49,206 nucleotides of DNA, filler included, from Jimgerdemannia flammicorona (GCA_003990765.1; 2 parts of 2 records of this genome joined end to end with filler, not necessarily neighbours in it), one strand, 5' to 3'. Positions 1 to 12,672 are shown, numbered from the whole stretch's first letter. Notes: a model not told the origin generated them from the sequence alone. Program-made: numbers and translations.

Positions 1-65
1 TTTTATAGTTAGTCACTGTATTGTCCAAGGACATATCCATCAATCCCACTATCAGTTAATCTGAG

Positions 66-471
66 TTTAAGATTAAGAAGCTTCACCTAAAGGCCCAGGT
101 CTCTCAATATCAAACAGAAGGAGCTATTGGTCTTAATCTATACTCTGTCAAACAAGTCACCATTTCAGCCAAGGGCCAAACTCTGGTGTCTACTGGAATT
201 GTAGTTCAATATCCTAAAAGACATTATGCCAGAATTGTAAGAACTCAGTGTTAAACATCATTTAGATGTAGATGCTAATATTATTGATTTAGACTTTTGA
301 GAATAAGTTTAAGTTCTGCTTATCAACCAGAAGGATCAAGACTATACAGTCAAAGAAGAAAACTGAGTTACACAAATGATCCTAGAAAAAGCCAGTTAAC
401 TCAAGATTACAGAAGTCCAAGAACTCTCTGAAACTAAATGAGACCAAAAAGATTTTGGTAGCACTGATTAA
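66..471 (+). pseudogene. dUTPase domain of the gypsy element (decayed)
   Basis: Translates as FKIKKLH..EGAIGLNLYS..LVSTGI..YARIV..LSVKHHLDVDANIID..VLLIN..QMILEK..ELSETK*DQKDFGSTD. The C-terminal segment matches the dUTPase motif RGxxGFGSTG after transitions. Confidence 0.85.
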
Positions 472-3400
472 GCAGCAAGTCTTATTGAAAATCAAGCTCA
501 AGCTATGCTCATTTTCAAAGGTCTAGTCAAAGGAAAAGAAGTTTAAGTACTCATAGACAGTAGAGCTACAGGGAATTTCATCAATCAGAACCTCATTGAA
601 AGTCTCAAGATCTTTACTAAGTCTGTATCAAAGAACAATAGTATAATTACTGCAGATAGTACCCTACACCCCATTAAGTCAATTACTGCCAAACTACCCA
701 TCAAGATCCAGAAATATTGAGAATGAGTAGACTTCAAGGTTGCTCCACTAGGAGATCATGACCTGATCCTAGGAAAACCCTAGCTTACAAAACACAACTC
801 AGATATCAATTGGTATAAGAATAAAGTCATCTTACTTTAATATAGAGTCAGGCAACATTACTATCAAGACAGATAAGACCATAAGTAAGACCCATATTGC
901 AACACTATCAGCTATACAATACAAGAGAGTACTTAAAAAGACAATACATATCTTTATTATAATAGTTTATTCCAAGAAATAAGACAAGAGACTATCAGTT
1001 AATAAAAGTATCAAGTTACTGCTAGAAGAATTCAAGGATGTCTTTCCAGATAAGCTACCTGGCCTATCACCTATACAAGAAGTTGATTATGAAATTGAAC
1101 TGACCCTAGGAGCTATACTACCCAAGAAATATATATACATACTACATATTACCACTTGAAATTGAAGCAGTCAAGAAAGAACTAGAAGAACTACTTATAT
1201 GAGGAGCCATTTAGCCAAGCAAATCTCCTTAGGCTCACCAGTCTTATTCATTAAGAAGAAAGATAGTACCCTGTAAATGTACATAGACTATCATGTACTC
1301 AACAAGCTTACTGTTAAGAATTACTACCTACTATCCTTGATTGATCAAATCTTTGATGCTCTTAAGAATGCCAAGTACTTCACTAAGTTGAATCTTATAT
1401 TAGGATACCACTAGATTCAAATCAAGCCAGAAGATATTCCCAAGACTGTGTTCATGACTCTCTTTGGACTCTATAAATTCTTGGTCTTAGCATTTGGTCT
1501 CACCAATGTACCTAATGCATAAAATTTTGCCATTGGAGTAGTTCTGTCATAAGATGATGGCAAAGGACATCATTTTATTGCTTTCGAGTCTTACAAATTG
1601 GTCTCAGCTAAATAAAAGCTAGCTATCTATAAGAAGGAACTACTGGCAATAATATATGTACTAGACTACTAGTGATACTATCTAGAAGGTATTGAGTTTG
1701 ATATCATTACTGACCATCAATCTCTTAAGTATATCAATACCCAACCTACTCTATCATGTCTATAAGCCAAGTAGAGTCTCAAGCTTCAAACCTTCAACTC
1801 AATGATCATTTACAAGTCTGGCAAGACACTTATAGTACCAGATATCTTATTAAGATATCCTGATTTCACTATAATCATATATACAAGTTACCTTGGTATC
1901 AGAATTTCTAGACTAAATCAGGCAAGCTTACAAAGAAGACATAATTACTACTAGAGTTTTCTTAAATAAGCTCAAGAATATATATACTGTCAAGAACAAC
2001 CTGATCTATCATTAAGATCAAGTCTATCTATCTGAAAACATGAACCTATATTATAAGATTTTATAAGAATACTATAACTCTCCTCTTGCCAGTCATCTGG
2101 GAATTAAAAAGACTATTAAGAACATTCAATGTCATTACTATTGGCTAAGAAAATCAAGAACTATATTGCTAGCTGTGATCTATGTCAGTATAACAAGTCT
2201 ATCAACCAAGTATTAGCTAGTTTGCTACAACTATTGTCAATTCCTATTAAGAAATTCAAGTAAGTTACTATGGACTTTATAACTCAACTACTATGAACTC
2301 AATCTGGTACTGATGCTATCATTGTATTCATTGACCATCTGACTAAGACTATGATTGCCAAACCAACTACTATCAATACTACTGTATCCAAGATTACAAG
2401 CATCTTCTTCAAGTCCATCTTCTGTCACTATGGCCTACCATGAGTAATTGTTAGTAATTATGATCCCAAGTTTACTAGTCACTTCTGGCAAACTCTCTTC
2501 AAGACCTTAGGAACCCAATTGGCTATGTCTACTGCCTTCCACCCACAAACTGATGGACAAACCAAGCACATGAACAGAACTCTAGAACAAATGCTTAGAA
2601 ACTATATTTCTTACAAGCAAGACAATTAGGACCATTATCTGACTTATGTAGAGTTTACATATAACAATACCATCTAATCATCTACTGGTCTTTCTCCTTT
2701 CTGATTACTCTACAGTCAAGATCCTGAGACTCCTACAAGTCTATTCTCTTTTTAGAAAAGCAGTCAAATATAAGTCCTTACTGCCAAGAGTCTTAAAGAT
2801 AAAATAGATAAACTACTCAAGATTGCTATTGTGAATCTTCAGAAGACTCAATAGCATCAAGCCAAGTATACTAATAAGAAATGCCACAATAACACTTACA
2901 TTATTAAAGATTAAGTCCTACTGTCTACTAAGAACCTTAAGATATAATCTCAAGTCAACTGTCCTTCAAATAAGTTCTAACCCAAGTATATTGGATCTTT
3001 CAAGATCACTGAATAAGTCTTTACATCCTCCTACTGCCTCAAGCTATCTGAAACCATAAGAGTACACTCAGTCTTTCATGTATCATATCTTAAAATCTGG
3101 AATCAGTCACTGCTCTACCCTGATTGATCTCCTAAGCTATCTGCCCTATGATTATTAAAGATTATATCAAGTATAAAGCTAAGAAAATCCTCAAAAAATT
3201 AATCCACTACTGCTATTCTGAATACCTAGTCAAGTGGATGAGCTACCCTGAATATGATACTACCTAGGAACTACTAATCAATCTCAAGAACTCTCAAGAT
3301 CTAGTCTAAGACTTTGAGGCAAAATATATTACTCAGTTCTTATATATAGTGACTTTCTTGGATTATTGATGACCTATGGCAATAACCAGTACCTTATACA

Positions 3401-3649
3401 TCTAAAGTTTACTTTAGGACCCTAGAACTAGCAGAACATTTAATGAACAAGAAGTCTACTGAAATAAAGCTACTAGCTGGGTTCAAATCCCTTCAGTTAG
3501 TTAGTCTAGTAATAGGCCCTCTGCTCTATATGAGAATGGCCAATCTCTACTAATATACCAATATAAGTTTGAGAAATTTTGGTTAAGTATATCTAGTCTT
3601 GTATTACCTAAGAACTCAATGAGGACATTAGTTCTTAAGGAGGGAGAGA

Positions 3650-4113
3650 TGTAATAATTTCACAGTTATATTTAGTCTTAGTACATTATTACATCTTTTA
3701 GTTAGTCTTTTCTTATTATTTTTTAAACATTCTACTATGTTCCACCATCTTCTACTTACTTAGAAATCTTCTCTCAGCACTCAGATACTACTAGAACATT
3801 CTTATCTTTCCTTGATATCAAGTATCTTATCTTAGCTAGTTATAAAACCTTTTGGAATATTGTAGAATAGCATTAGTTAGCTTTGCCAAAAATCTATTTC
3901 TTGGTATTTCTCTTTCTTTCCAAGATCCTTCCAGATCTTTCTTTCAGATCCTGTATAAATATCCTTATTCTTTGCCTGAATAAAGCTCAGAATATTTTCT
4001 CTCAGAAATCTTTTGAGAATACTTAAACCTTTAAGTATCTCTTTAAGCTACTTTAGGTCAACTAGAACTTTCAGATTTAGCTGCTTTCTCTTAAAGAAAC
4101 TAGAAGTGTTACA
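3650..4113 (+). repeat. 3' LTR of the first gypsy element
   Basis: Starts TGTAATA directly after the polypurine tract AAGGAGGGAGAGA (3637-3649) and ends TGTTACA, giving inverted termini. Confidence 0.8.
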
Positions 4114-4770
4114 TCCTCACTCAGTATTCTTTGGGTCATATCTTATAGTCTTGCTATAATGATCTTTATAATTAGCTTTCAATTTATATCTAATAGTATA
4201 ATTAGTTACTAGTTCTTCTACTTCTCTCTTCTCTCTTTATCCTTAAACAGCAGAGCTATTAGTCTTAGATACTGGCTCTCTAGCTATACTCCAGAATCAA
4301 TAATCTTATTATATATCAGCTATAGTTTCTCCAGAACTACCTCTATCTCTATTATCTATTTTCAGAAGTCCTAGGGTAATTCATCTTCTCCAGAGGCTAT
4401 CCTGAAACTAATCTCTACTAAGATCTTGAAAATCTCCTCTCTTTGAACTGGATTCTCCAATTCTGTCAGCCTCTTTACTGAGGCTAAGTACTAGTTCTCC
4501 ATATAGTACTTAATTATTTATACATTCTCACCTCTCTCCTCCTTACTCTATAGTAATCCCCACCTTCTACTCAACTGGTCCAAGATATCCTGGATCTCTA
4601 CCACTATCTTTCCTTTCTTATTCAATATTCTATTCTAGTATTGATATACTCTTCTTACCTAAATAAGTCTTAATAGAAATCTTGTTAGCCTCTCTTCTTT
4701 CTCTAAACTCTACTACTATAGTTTAGCTACCATATCTTATACTTGTTCAGTAATTATCTCTCTATTAATA
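4114..4770 (-). mobile_element. Heavily decayed L1-clade ORF2 fragment, interrupted by the gypsy element
   Basis: Minus-strand LEKEERLTRFL..VRRV, SGEDELP*DF*K and KDKERR..KN**LIILLDIN*KL align by eye with LEEGERPTKYL, PGEDGLPWEFWK and KEKGDRR..NWRPIMLLNVDRKL of the L1 at 36851-42681. Confidence 0.75.
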
Positions 4771-4929
4771 AGTTTTTGCAAGAAGAAAACTAATATAAAA
4801 AAAAAATAAACAGAAGAATACATTATAGCAATAAATATCCTCAAGAGAATACTAACTAATATACTTATCTTAATCAGCCCAGACTCTATAGAACTCTTCA
4901 CTATCACTATAGATATATATCTTAAATAT

Positions 4930-6720
4930 TACTATTAAAGCTATATTAGTCTAGTATAAATATCTAGTCATATATCTATCTCAGAAACTTAATGAGTATA
5001 AAAAGAACTATATAATATAAGATAAGAAATCTCTTACTACATATTATCTGATCTCTACAATTATAGAGATATTTTCTTCTTAGTAAGAAATTCACCTTAT
5101 AAATAGATCATTAAGCTCTATAATATATTCAGATACATATAATTAATTCTTATAGAAAGACAAGCATGATAGATACAGATTCTTATACTCTTTAATATTG
5201 AAAACAAGCACATTATTGATACTAAGAATAAAGTAGCCAATGTACTTTTCTAAAGTACTCAGAAGAATAACCTTATAGTAATTAGTAATATCACTACTAG
5301 TCTATTTAAAGAAGTCAAAAAGAAGTATACTAAGGATATCAATATATAAGAAATTGCCAAACAAATCCTTAAAGAAAGAAGTAATATTATGAGGAAAATA
5401 TATAAGAATTAGATTTCTGATATATTTATCTGTTTGTAAATCCTATAAGAATTATGATATATCTATAGCCAGTTATATGAGATTTGATAAGATATATTAA
5501 TATATTATTCAAGATTTCTACTAGTCTTAAATAATGGCTGACATTAAGAACTATATTATATCTTATAATATTTATCAAAGATATAAGTCTAGCAACTAAG
5601 CTCTAGTTGAAACATTATAGCTACTACTGATTTATATCTAAAATTGAGACTATATTAGAATAGACTTTATTATCTAACTATTAAAAATAAAGAAGAGAAG
5701 AGATATAATTATTATCTTTATCAATTATCTCAATAAATAGACTTATTTTATTATAATAACTACTACTATAATAGCTCCAGAGATAGTATAATTATTTATT
5801 GATAATATATTTTATCTTTATAAGTTATTATTAACAATTATCTCTGACAGAGATGTGAAATTCATAAGTAACTTCTAGTAAGTACTTTTTAAAGAACTAG
5901 AAGTATAACTCAAGATATCTATTATCTATCACTTATAAACAAATACATAGCTAAATAGAATGAATCAATCAAACCCTCAAGTAGATACTTAGTATCTACT
6001 ATAGCTATAAGCAGAATAATTAAGATAAAAAACTGATCCTAGTCAAATTCATATATAATAGTATAAGTATAAGTATAAAAATAATATCATTCTATCTAAA
6101 CTATAGACAATACTCTCAAACTCCCACAACTGTTATATGAGTAACAGTATTAGTAATACTAATATCATATAAAGTACTATCTAGTAAGTATACAATACTC
6201 TTATAGAAGTATAAAGAATATAAATAGTATATATATACTGATAAAAATAAAAGAGAAGTTACTTATATAAAAGGTAAATAAGTATTACTTAGTATATAAT
6301 ATCTAATTTTAGATAATACAGAACTAAAGAAGAAACTCAGACCCTACTATATTAGACTATTTAAAATATTAAAAAAGTATAGTTCTGTTGTATATATATA
6401 AGTTAAATCTCTCAATAACTCTAGAAAAAATTCATCCAGTATTTCATATATTCCAACTCTAGCTATATATTAAAAATATCTTCAAAGAAAGAATAGTACT
6501 ATCTCTAGATCTAATTATCATTAATCAAAAACTAGAATATAAAGTTGATTATATCTTGGATTATAAGAACTATTAATTTGGATGAGCTATTAAGCCTACT
6601 CAGTACTATCTTATAAAATAGAAAGGATATCCTAAGTATAATATTACTTGAAAAAAAGAAATAATCTTTTACTAAATACAAAAGAAGCAATAACTCAATA
6701 TAAATATCTAATATGATAGA
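4930..6720 (+). mobile_element. Second, more decayed chromoviral Ty3/gypsy pol remnant (RNase H, integrase, chromodomain)
   Basis: YLSQKLNEYKKNY-like RNase H (~4975), integrase core IISDRDVKFISNF (~5840), and chromodomain YYLIK*KGYP (~6604). Confidence 0.75.
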
Positions 6721-7594
6721 AATTCTAAAAAGATAGTCATATTTCTAAATACTCCTAATAAAGAAAAGTATAAATAATCTGAACAATTCTATATAAATAA
6801 TTTACTAAAATATAAGTACTCAGCAAAAACACTAAGAACAAACTAAGAATAAGATCACTACTACTATCTTTATAGCTATTGAATATTAATAGAATTCTAC
6901 TAAACTATTTATCTATCAATATATAAATCTCTAGAGATCCAGATCCAAATAAAGTTTAATAATATTTTAGAAGAATTCAATATTTTTAAACTTTCTACTA
7001 TTAATAAAAATTAAAGAAGTATTATGAGATTAGATGTCTCATCTATTAACAAGCTACTCTCAATAATTATAAGTAATAAGTCTGCCTTTTTATTGATAAC
7101 TATATCTATATTTTTACTAAGAGACTTTATATTCTTTTCTATATCTGACCCTAAGTCTTTAACTATCTCTATAGAATATCTCTTGAGAATATTGCTAATT
7201 TGAATAATGAACAATAGAGTGATATTGTCTTTCAAGTAGTCTAGTATACTGCTCTTTAGTTTAATAAGTATATATCTAGAGTTTAGTATCAAATCTGTAA
7301 GTATACAACCTCTAAGCCACTAAAATTACACATCACTCTCTGAACAAGCTACCAAAATCACACAACACAACCTCTAAACAAATCTGGAAATCACCTGCAT
7401 GATCACAAAGCTAAGTCAAACCAAAGTCATAGTATATAAAGCTGAGTCAACTTAAAGTTATGGAATATAAGATTTATACAAATAGAATTTTACTAATCAG
7501 GACCAAATACATATACTAAGTACCAAGATATATCAAAACAGAGAACTACAACAAACCAAATAAACAATCCCAACTCTTGAACATATATACAAAT

Positions 7595-8720
7595 ATGACT
7601 ACTGAAATCTACAATTACATCTATACTGATATTTGGAATACCATTATTAATCGAGCCATACTCTCTCTACTCCTCATAAATATCCATAGCCTAGCACTCC
7701 TCTACTTTATGGAAATCTGATGGAATACCCTGAATATACTTAGTGAAGCCTACCAAATTGGACAAACCTCAAGCTACTATCAAATTGGCTACCTTCTAGA
7801 AGACATAGTTGAACACCACTATGATATAGATATTACTCAAATATCTCAATATCAGAAACTCATTGCTCACAAATACTGAGAACTCTTTTATAAGTAAAGC
7901 ATCTTTATTTCCTACCTCTGAGTTATTACTGATGAAATAATTGTAACCCTATCCTATAGCCAAATCAATGATATGATATAAGAACTTAACCACAAGTACA
8001 CTGAGTATGTTTAGACTACAGACAGAACCTTCCTACACTCTGACAACTATATTCTACAAATACCCCAAGTTGAATATATCATAAAGGATATCTACAATAT
8101 AATTCAATTTGATGATGATGAAGTCAAAGACAATAATCCCTCTGATGCTGATATGACCTCAAGCCAAGGATCCCTGCCAATCCTGATTACATCACCAGTC
8201 TTACCAATGAACTTACAATAGTTTATAATCACCTATAAGACCTATTAGGATAATGACTACTGGTATGAATACTAGTCTGCATTTACTCTCAATTACTTCA
8301 ACTATAATGAAGAGACTGGAGAACACAATCTATACCTCCAGACAACTCTCAAGACTGAACCAACCACTCTATCACTCAAGTATGAGTAATATGAAGCATA
8401 ACTACCAGTATACTACAACTCTATAACTTATAGTACTGTTACCTATAAAAGGTATGCAGATAGCAAATCTGATGAAAGTAAAGATGATGTATCCCTCCTT
8501 TGTCTACCAATACCTTACCCAGTATATGAGACAGATGATGCTATTCTGTAGGATGGTGATGAAGTTATAATATATTATTATCTCAGTAAATAGGGAGAAT
8601 TAATCTATAAATAACTCTTTCTAGATGACTACTTTATTAGAGATGATATCATCAATGGTAATATCATCAAAGACTACCCAGATAGCATCTAAATCTATAG
8701 ATAGCTTAGCAGTCATAGTA
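7595..8720 (+). pseudogene. Decayed long ORF after an integrase C-terminal remnant (gypsy accessory ORF-like)
   Basis: One frame from ATG 7595 (MTTEIYNYIYTDIWN...SSYYQIGYLLED...LIAHKY*ELF...) runs for about 370 codons with scattered stops consistent with C>T or G>A changes. A GPNTY integrase-tail remnant lies at ~7500. Confidence 0.55.
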
Positions 8721-8905
8721 TAGTTAGATTAGTCTTATATAATATAACTATAGACTGACTCAGTAGTCTTGATATATATATCAGATCATACTTATACTAC
8801 ATAACTATATTCCAACTCAGTAAGGTACTAAGTGCTACATCCATATTTAGTATAGTTCAGATAGCCCCTTACTAGTATAAATACCCTCTTCTCCAGACCA
8901 CAGAA

Positions 8906-8906
<1 letters not shown>

Positions 8907-8952
<46 letters not shown>

Positions 8953-10511
8953 GACTCAATATTTTACAGATTTTTATTAGAAAGAAATCTAGACTATATA
9001 GACCAAAACCCTCTCCCATCACTCATCAAGCACTGTCCCCTTATTAATCTAGGCTAACTATTATCTAGTAGCTTGACTATGCTAGATGCAGCATGGCCTA
9101 TATTAGCCTACACCTCATTCTGTATATTATGCTCTCTCTATTATCAGAGAGAACTCAGCCTTATATTAATGACTGAAAGTGCATACCCAAAACCCCCAAT
9201 ATATGTATAAGGCTATACTTGAGCCAAATAGAAAAACTCTTACTATCTCAAAGAGAATAACAGGTAAAGAAAAACTCTCATCAAAGTACATTATAGTAGG
9301 TAGGACCTAGTTCTCCCAGATAAAGTGAGTAGAGAACTTATATATAAGGTGGGAGGAGATCTCCAATATCTTACTACTCAAGCCTGTAGACCTTAATTAT
9401 ATCTAGTGCTTCCAACAAATTGAATCAAGGGTCCAATTCGATTCGATTCAAATCAAATCAAAGGTCCAATTCGATTTGAAGTTTGATTTGAACCTTAATT
9501 TTCAAAATGTAATAACTCGACGAAAACTCATCCAAATTTAACATATTTTAGCTTGTTAGATTCACCATATTAATGTGATTCTAACAAGCTAAAGTACGTT
9601 AGATTCGGATGAGTTTACACTGAGTTATTGCATTTTGAAAATTAGGGTTTGAATCAGACCCTCAATTCGATTCAACTTTTGATTCAATTTGAATTGATTC
9701 AAATTGAAAAATCCCCAATTTGATTCGACTTGTTTAACCCTCAATTTGATTCAATTTGAATTGATTCGACTTGTTTGAGAGCACTAATTATATCACCATA
9801 TCAGCTTCTAGTTCTAGTTAAGTATAGTCAAGATATCTGAAATAGGTAGCCTTGGACCCCCTGACCCCTCCCAATAACTGAGGTCCAATCTACTGAATTA
9901 CCAAAAGAAGCCAGGAGTAACACCTACTATCTAACTACTCTGTACCAATCAAAAGACCCTACTAAAGTAGTACTTACCCCAGCTCCAATAATTATCCCCA
10001 GTCTAGTACCCTACTGGTTCACTATAATTGTTCTTCTACCTATCTATAATAGCCATCTCCCCTCCTATTCTGACAATATCTGAAAAATAGTTACTTATAC
10101 CAGAACTATGCTCACTGGAAAGCTTACTAAAGTTAGAGGGCTCTACTATAGATACTAAGAACCTATAGGTAATCTCTACTGAGTACTTAATACCCAAGAT
10201 CAGTCAACTTCCTATATAACCTGTGATATACCAAAATAATACCTTATTAGTGATAGCAAAAGGAAGAAGGTGCTACACTAAAATGGGTATACCCCAGACA
10301 TAACTGAAGGTACTAGAAACTATAAAAAAGTAGAGAAGATATTGATTGGATACCGATAAAAAAACAACTCATTACTATTACCTCTCTCTCACTATCCTAT
10401 AACAGATATAGCAAACTAACCCAAGATAGAGAGAGTAATAATTGGAAAAAGTAGACTTGGAAAGTTATCTACTAAACTATTATAATCAGTAAGATAGCAG
10501 AGAAAGGAGCC
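8907..10511 (-). mobile_element. Non-autonomous poly(A) retroposon, copy A (contains a hAT MITE)
   Basis: About 40-nt poly(T) at 8907-8948. Its reverse complement is colinear with 15511-16842 and starts at the same 5' end, GGCTCCTTTCTCTGCT. Confidence 0.85.
9404..9786. mobile_element. hAT-type MITE, copy 1
   Basis: TIRs TAGTGCTTCCAA / TTGAGAGCACTA and 8-bp TSD ATTATATC (9396-9403, 9787-9794). It has a long internal palindrome and TTCGA/TTGAA subterminal repeats. The empty site is visible in retroposon copy B. Confidence 0.92.
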
Positions 10512-11394
10512 AATCTCAGAATCTCAGACTCAAACATATAAGAACATTTCTGAACACTTCTTTATAATATCTCTTTATATAACTACTCTTAGTATACATA
10601 GTAATATTATAAATAGTAAATAAATTTATTAAATAACCTATAAACTACTTATAAGTAAATCTACTCCCTGTTAGGTCTCACTCCTAACTATGTCACAAAA
10701 TTTCCTAATTGGGTATTGTCTGCAGCAATATGCTGATTCAACTAAGCTGGTCTTAGTTTTTTAAACTTCAAAATTCTGAACATTCAGAACTAGTCCAAAT
10801 AAGGACTTTGGTTGAGACATTAATCTGATCTTGAAATCAATAAGTATAGAGAATATACTCTATATGAAATTGATCTTAACCTTAAGAAAATGGTCTTCTA
10901 GAATATTCAGAACTTCTAGAAAACCCTTCTAGAACTATGTAATAGTTACTCTAATAAGTAACTCTCTTATAAAATCCAATAAATAGATTTAGATAAAAAA
11001 GGAAAGAATATAATAAATCATTATATATCTACAAGCTATCAGAATTTTCAACTAATAGTTATACATAGATACAAATATAGTATAACTATATAGATATACT
11101 TAGTATATCATATTTAGTTATAGCTTCAAATTTATATATGTAAATACTCTCTATACTGAGTATACTATAATCTTAGCTTCACTTTCTCTAAATATAAGAA
11201 TAAAGCAGTATTTTTATTATAGAACTCTCAGATCTAACTTATTAATAATTCTGAGTCTAATTAATTTAAGATATAAGTATGATACTTTTACTAGTACAAG
11301 AACTCAAAAGTAATACTTAGACTATACTACTATAACAGATAATTAGAACTCAGTGCTTTCTTACAAAGATCTAATTTGATTAAAAAATAAATAT

Positions 11395-11450
11395 GAATTC
11401 AAACTCAATTTAATTCAATTTTAATTGATTCAATTTGTTTGAGAGCACTA
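11395..11450. repeat. Isolated right end of the same hAT family
   Basis: AATTCAATT...TTGTTTGAGAGCACTA matches the MITE terminus at 9770-9786. No matching TSD was found. Confidence 0.6.
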
Positions 11451-12393
11451 ATATTAAATTATAGAATAATAATATATATAATTTATAACTACATATATCT
11501 ATAATATAAAATCTTTACAAATCTTATAAAACTATAAAATAATATATACTATATTGTTCTCTTGACATTTTTATTAGAATTATATAATATATCATTATAT
11601 GAATTTATATAGTATTAGTAAAAGGATATATAAAAGTGAATTGTTAAGAGATTTACTAAAATGTTGCAGAAAACGGCTACCAGAAATTGGATGATGCACG
11701 TGACCTACGACTTAAATCTGCTGAACCCTCCTCCGGTCTTTCTTTCCCATCACTTGATTTTGGCATACCCTAATATTGATTTTTAGAAAAGATCGGCGGA
11801 ATCGAAACAACCCCCAGTGCAAACACTACGCTAGTTCGGCTATATGTCGCCGGGCGTATCTGTTGAAGTGACTTTGTGTGATATAACATGTGTGATAGGT
11901 GAGCGTTGAAATGCACAACTTGGTGTAGCAGATAAGTTTTTAATCAAGATATATACGAACCACCGACCCTCTCCAAGCGCAGAAAGCGAGGCAACAAGAA
12001 GAATGGGTGCTAAGAAGTCCACGGCTCTCAGCTGAACTTTTGACGCTCGTAAACAAATCGATGGGAGAGTACAATCTGTGAGCAACACGGAAACAGCTTT
12101 GAGGTAAACGCCGCACAGGTTTACCTCGGTCGAAGAAAAGATTTGATTGGTCGGTTACGCAGCGCAGATGCCATAGAGAGGACCGCGAGCGTCGAGCTAT
12201 GGGTTTGGTGATATCCCACAAAAAAAAAAAAAAAAAAATTTTTTTTGACCTCCTTGAGGGAGGGTGACGTCACGTATTTAAATTTGTCGAGTCACGTCTG
12301 ATCTGATCCGAGATACGACTCTCGTCCCTTGCGTTCCAAGGACCGGCCCCGCCACCAACACCCACACCACCTCTCCACCGGCTAACCGAACCC

Positions 12394-12672
12394 ATGCGCC
12401 CGCTCACCAACCTCCAGCGGCAGCGCATCACTTTAAACCTGTTTATCTTGGTCGCCCTGGGGGCGGTAGCGACGGTGGCTGCGCCGGCCCTCTTCCCGTG
12501 CCCGGCCTTCCAGAACAACGACAAGTCTGCGCTGCTGGAACAGTCGCAGAAGCTGAAGCGGGAACGTGGGCAGATCGAGATGATCGTGCGGAAGCGGCGA
12601 AAGCAAGTGGGACAGCCGCAGGCACGAACGGAAAGGGAATCGGTGGGAGAGGCACGAGTGTCAGATGTTTGA
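12394..12672 (+). CDS. COA2: Cytochrome c oxidase assembly factor 2-like small protein
   Basis: 92-aa intronless ORF with a basic N-terminus, a hydrophobic stretch ending LFPCPA and a charged tail. This resembles yeast Coa2 (..VAIGSVLPCPA), recognised from memory. Codon usage is GC-rich like the neighbouring genes. Confidence 0.7.
   Translation: MRPLTNLQRQRITLNLFILVALGAVATVAAPALFPCPAFQNNDKSALLEQSQKLKRERGQIEMIVRKRRKQVGQPQARTERESVGEARVSDV

Larger units (their letters stand above)
66..4113 (+). mobile_element. Decayed Ty3/gypsy (chromoviral) LTR retrotransposon, 5' end outside window: dUTPase-protease-RT (internally deleted)-RNase H-integrase-chromodomain-PPT-3'LTR
   Basis: Manual translation gives protease VLIDSRATGNFI (~548), RT FKDVFPDKLPGL and PVLFIKKKD..MYIDY..LNKLTVKN (~1031-1330), RNase H NFAIGVVL (~1520), integrase HLGIKKT/CDLC and STAFHPQTDGQT (~2090-2560), and chromodomain EYLVKWMSYPEYDTT (~3221). 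Many stop codons are present. Confidence 0.93.

Noticed and set aside
10669..10960. Possible solo LTR with TTCTAGAA motifs
   Set aside because: Could not define both termini or a TSD.
12101..12128. 9-bp hairpin GAGGTAAAC/GTTTACCTC upstream of the COA2-like ORF
   Set aside because: A single short stem with no other ncRNA signal.
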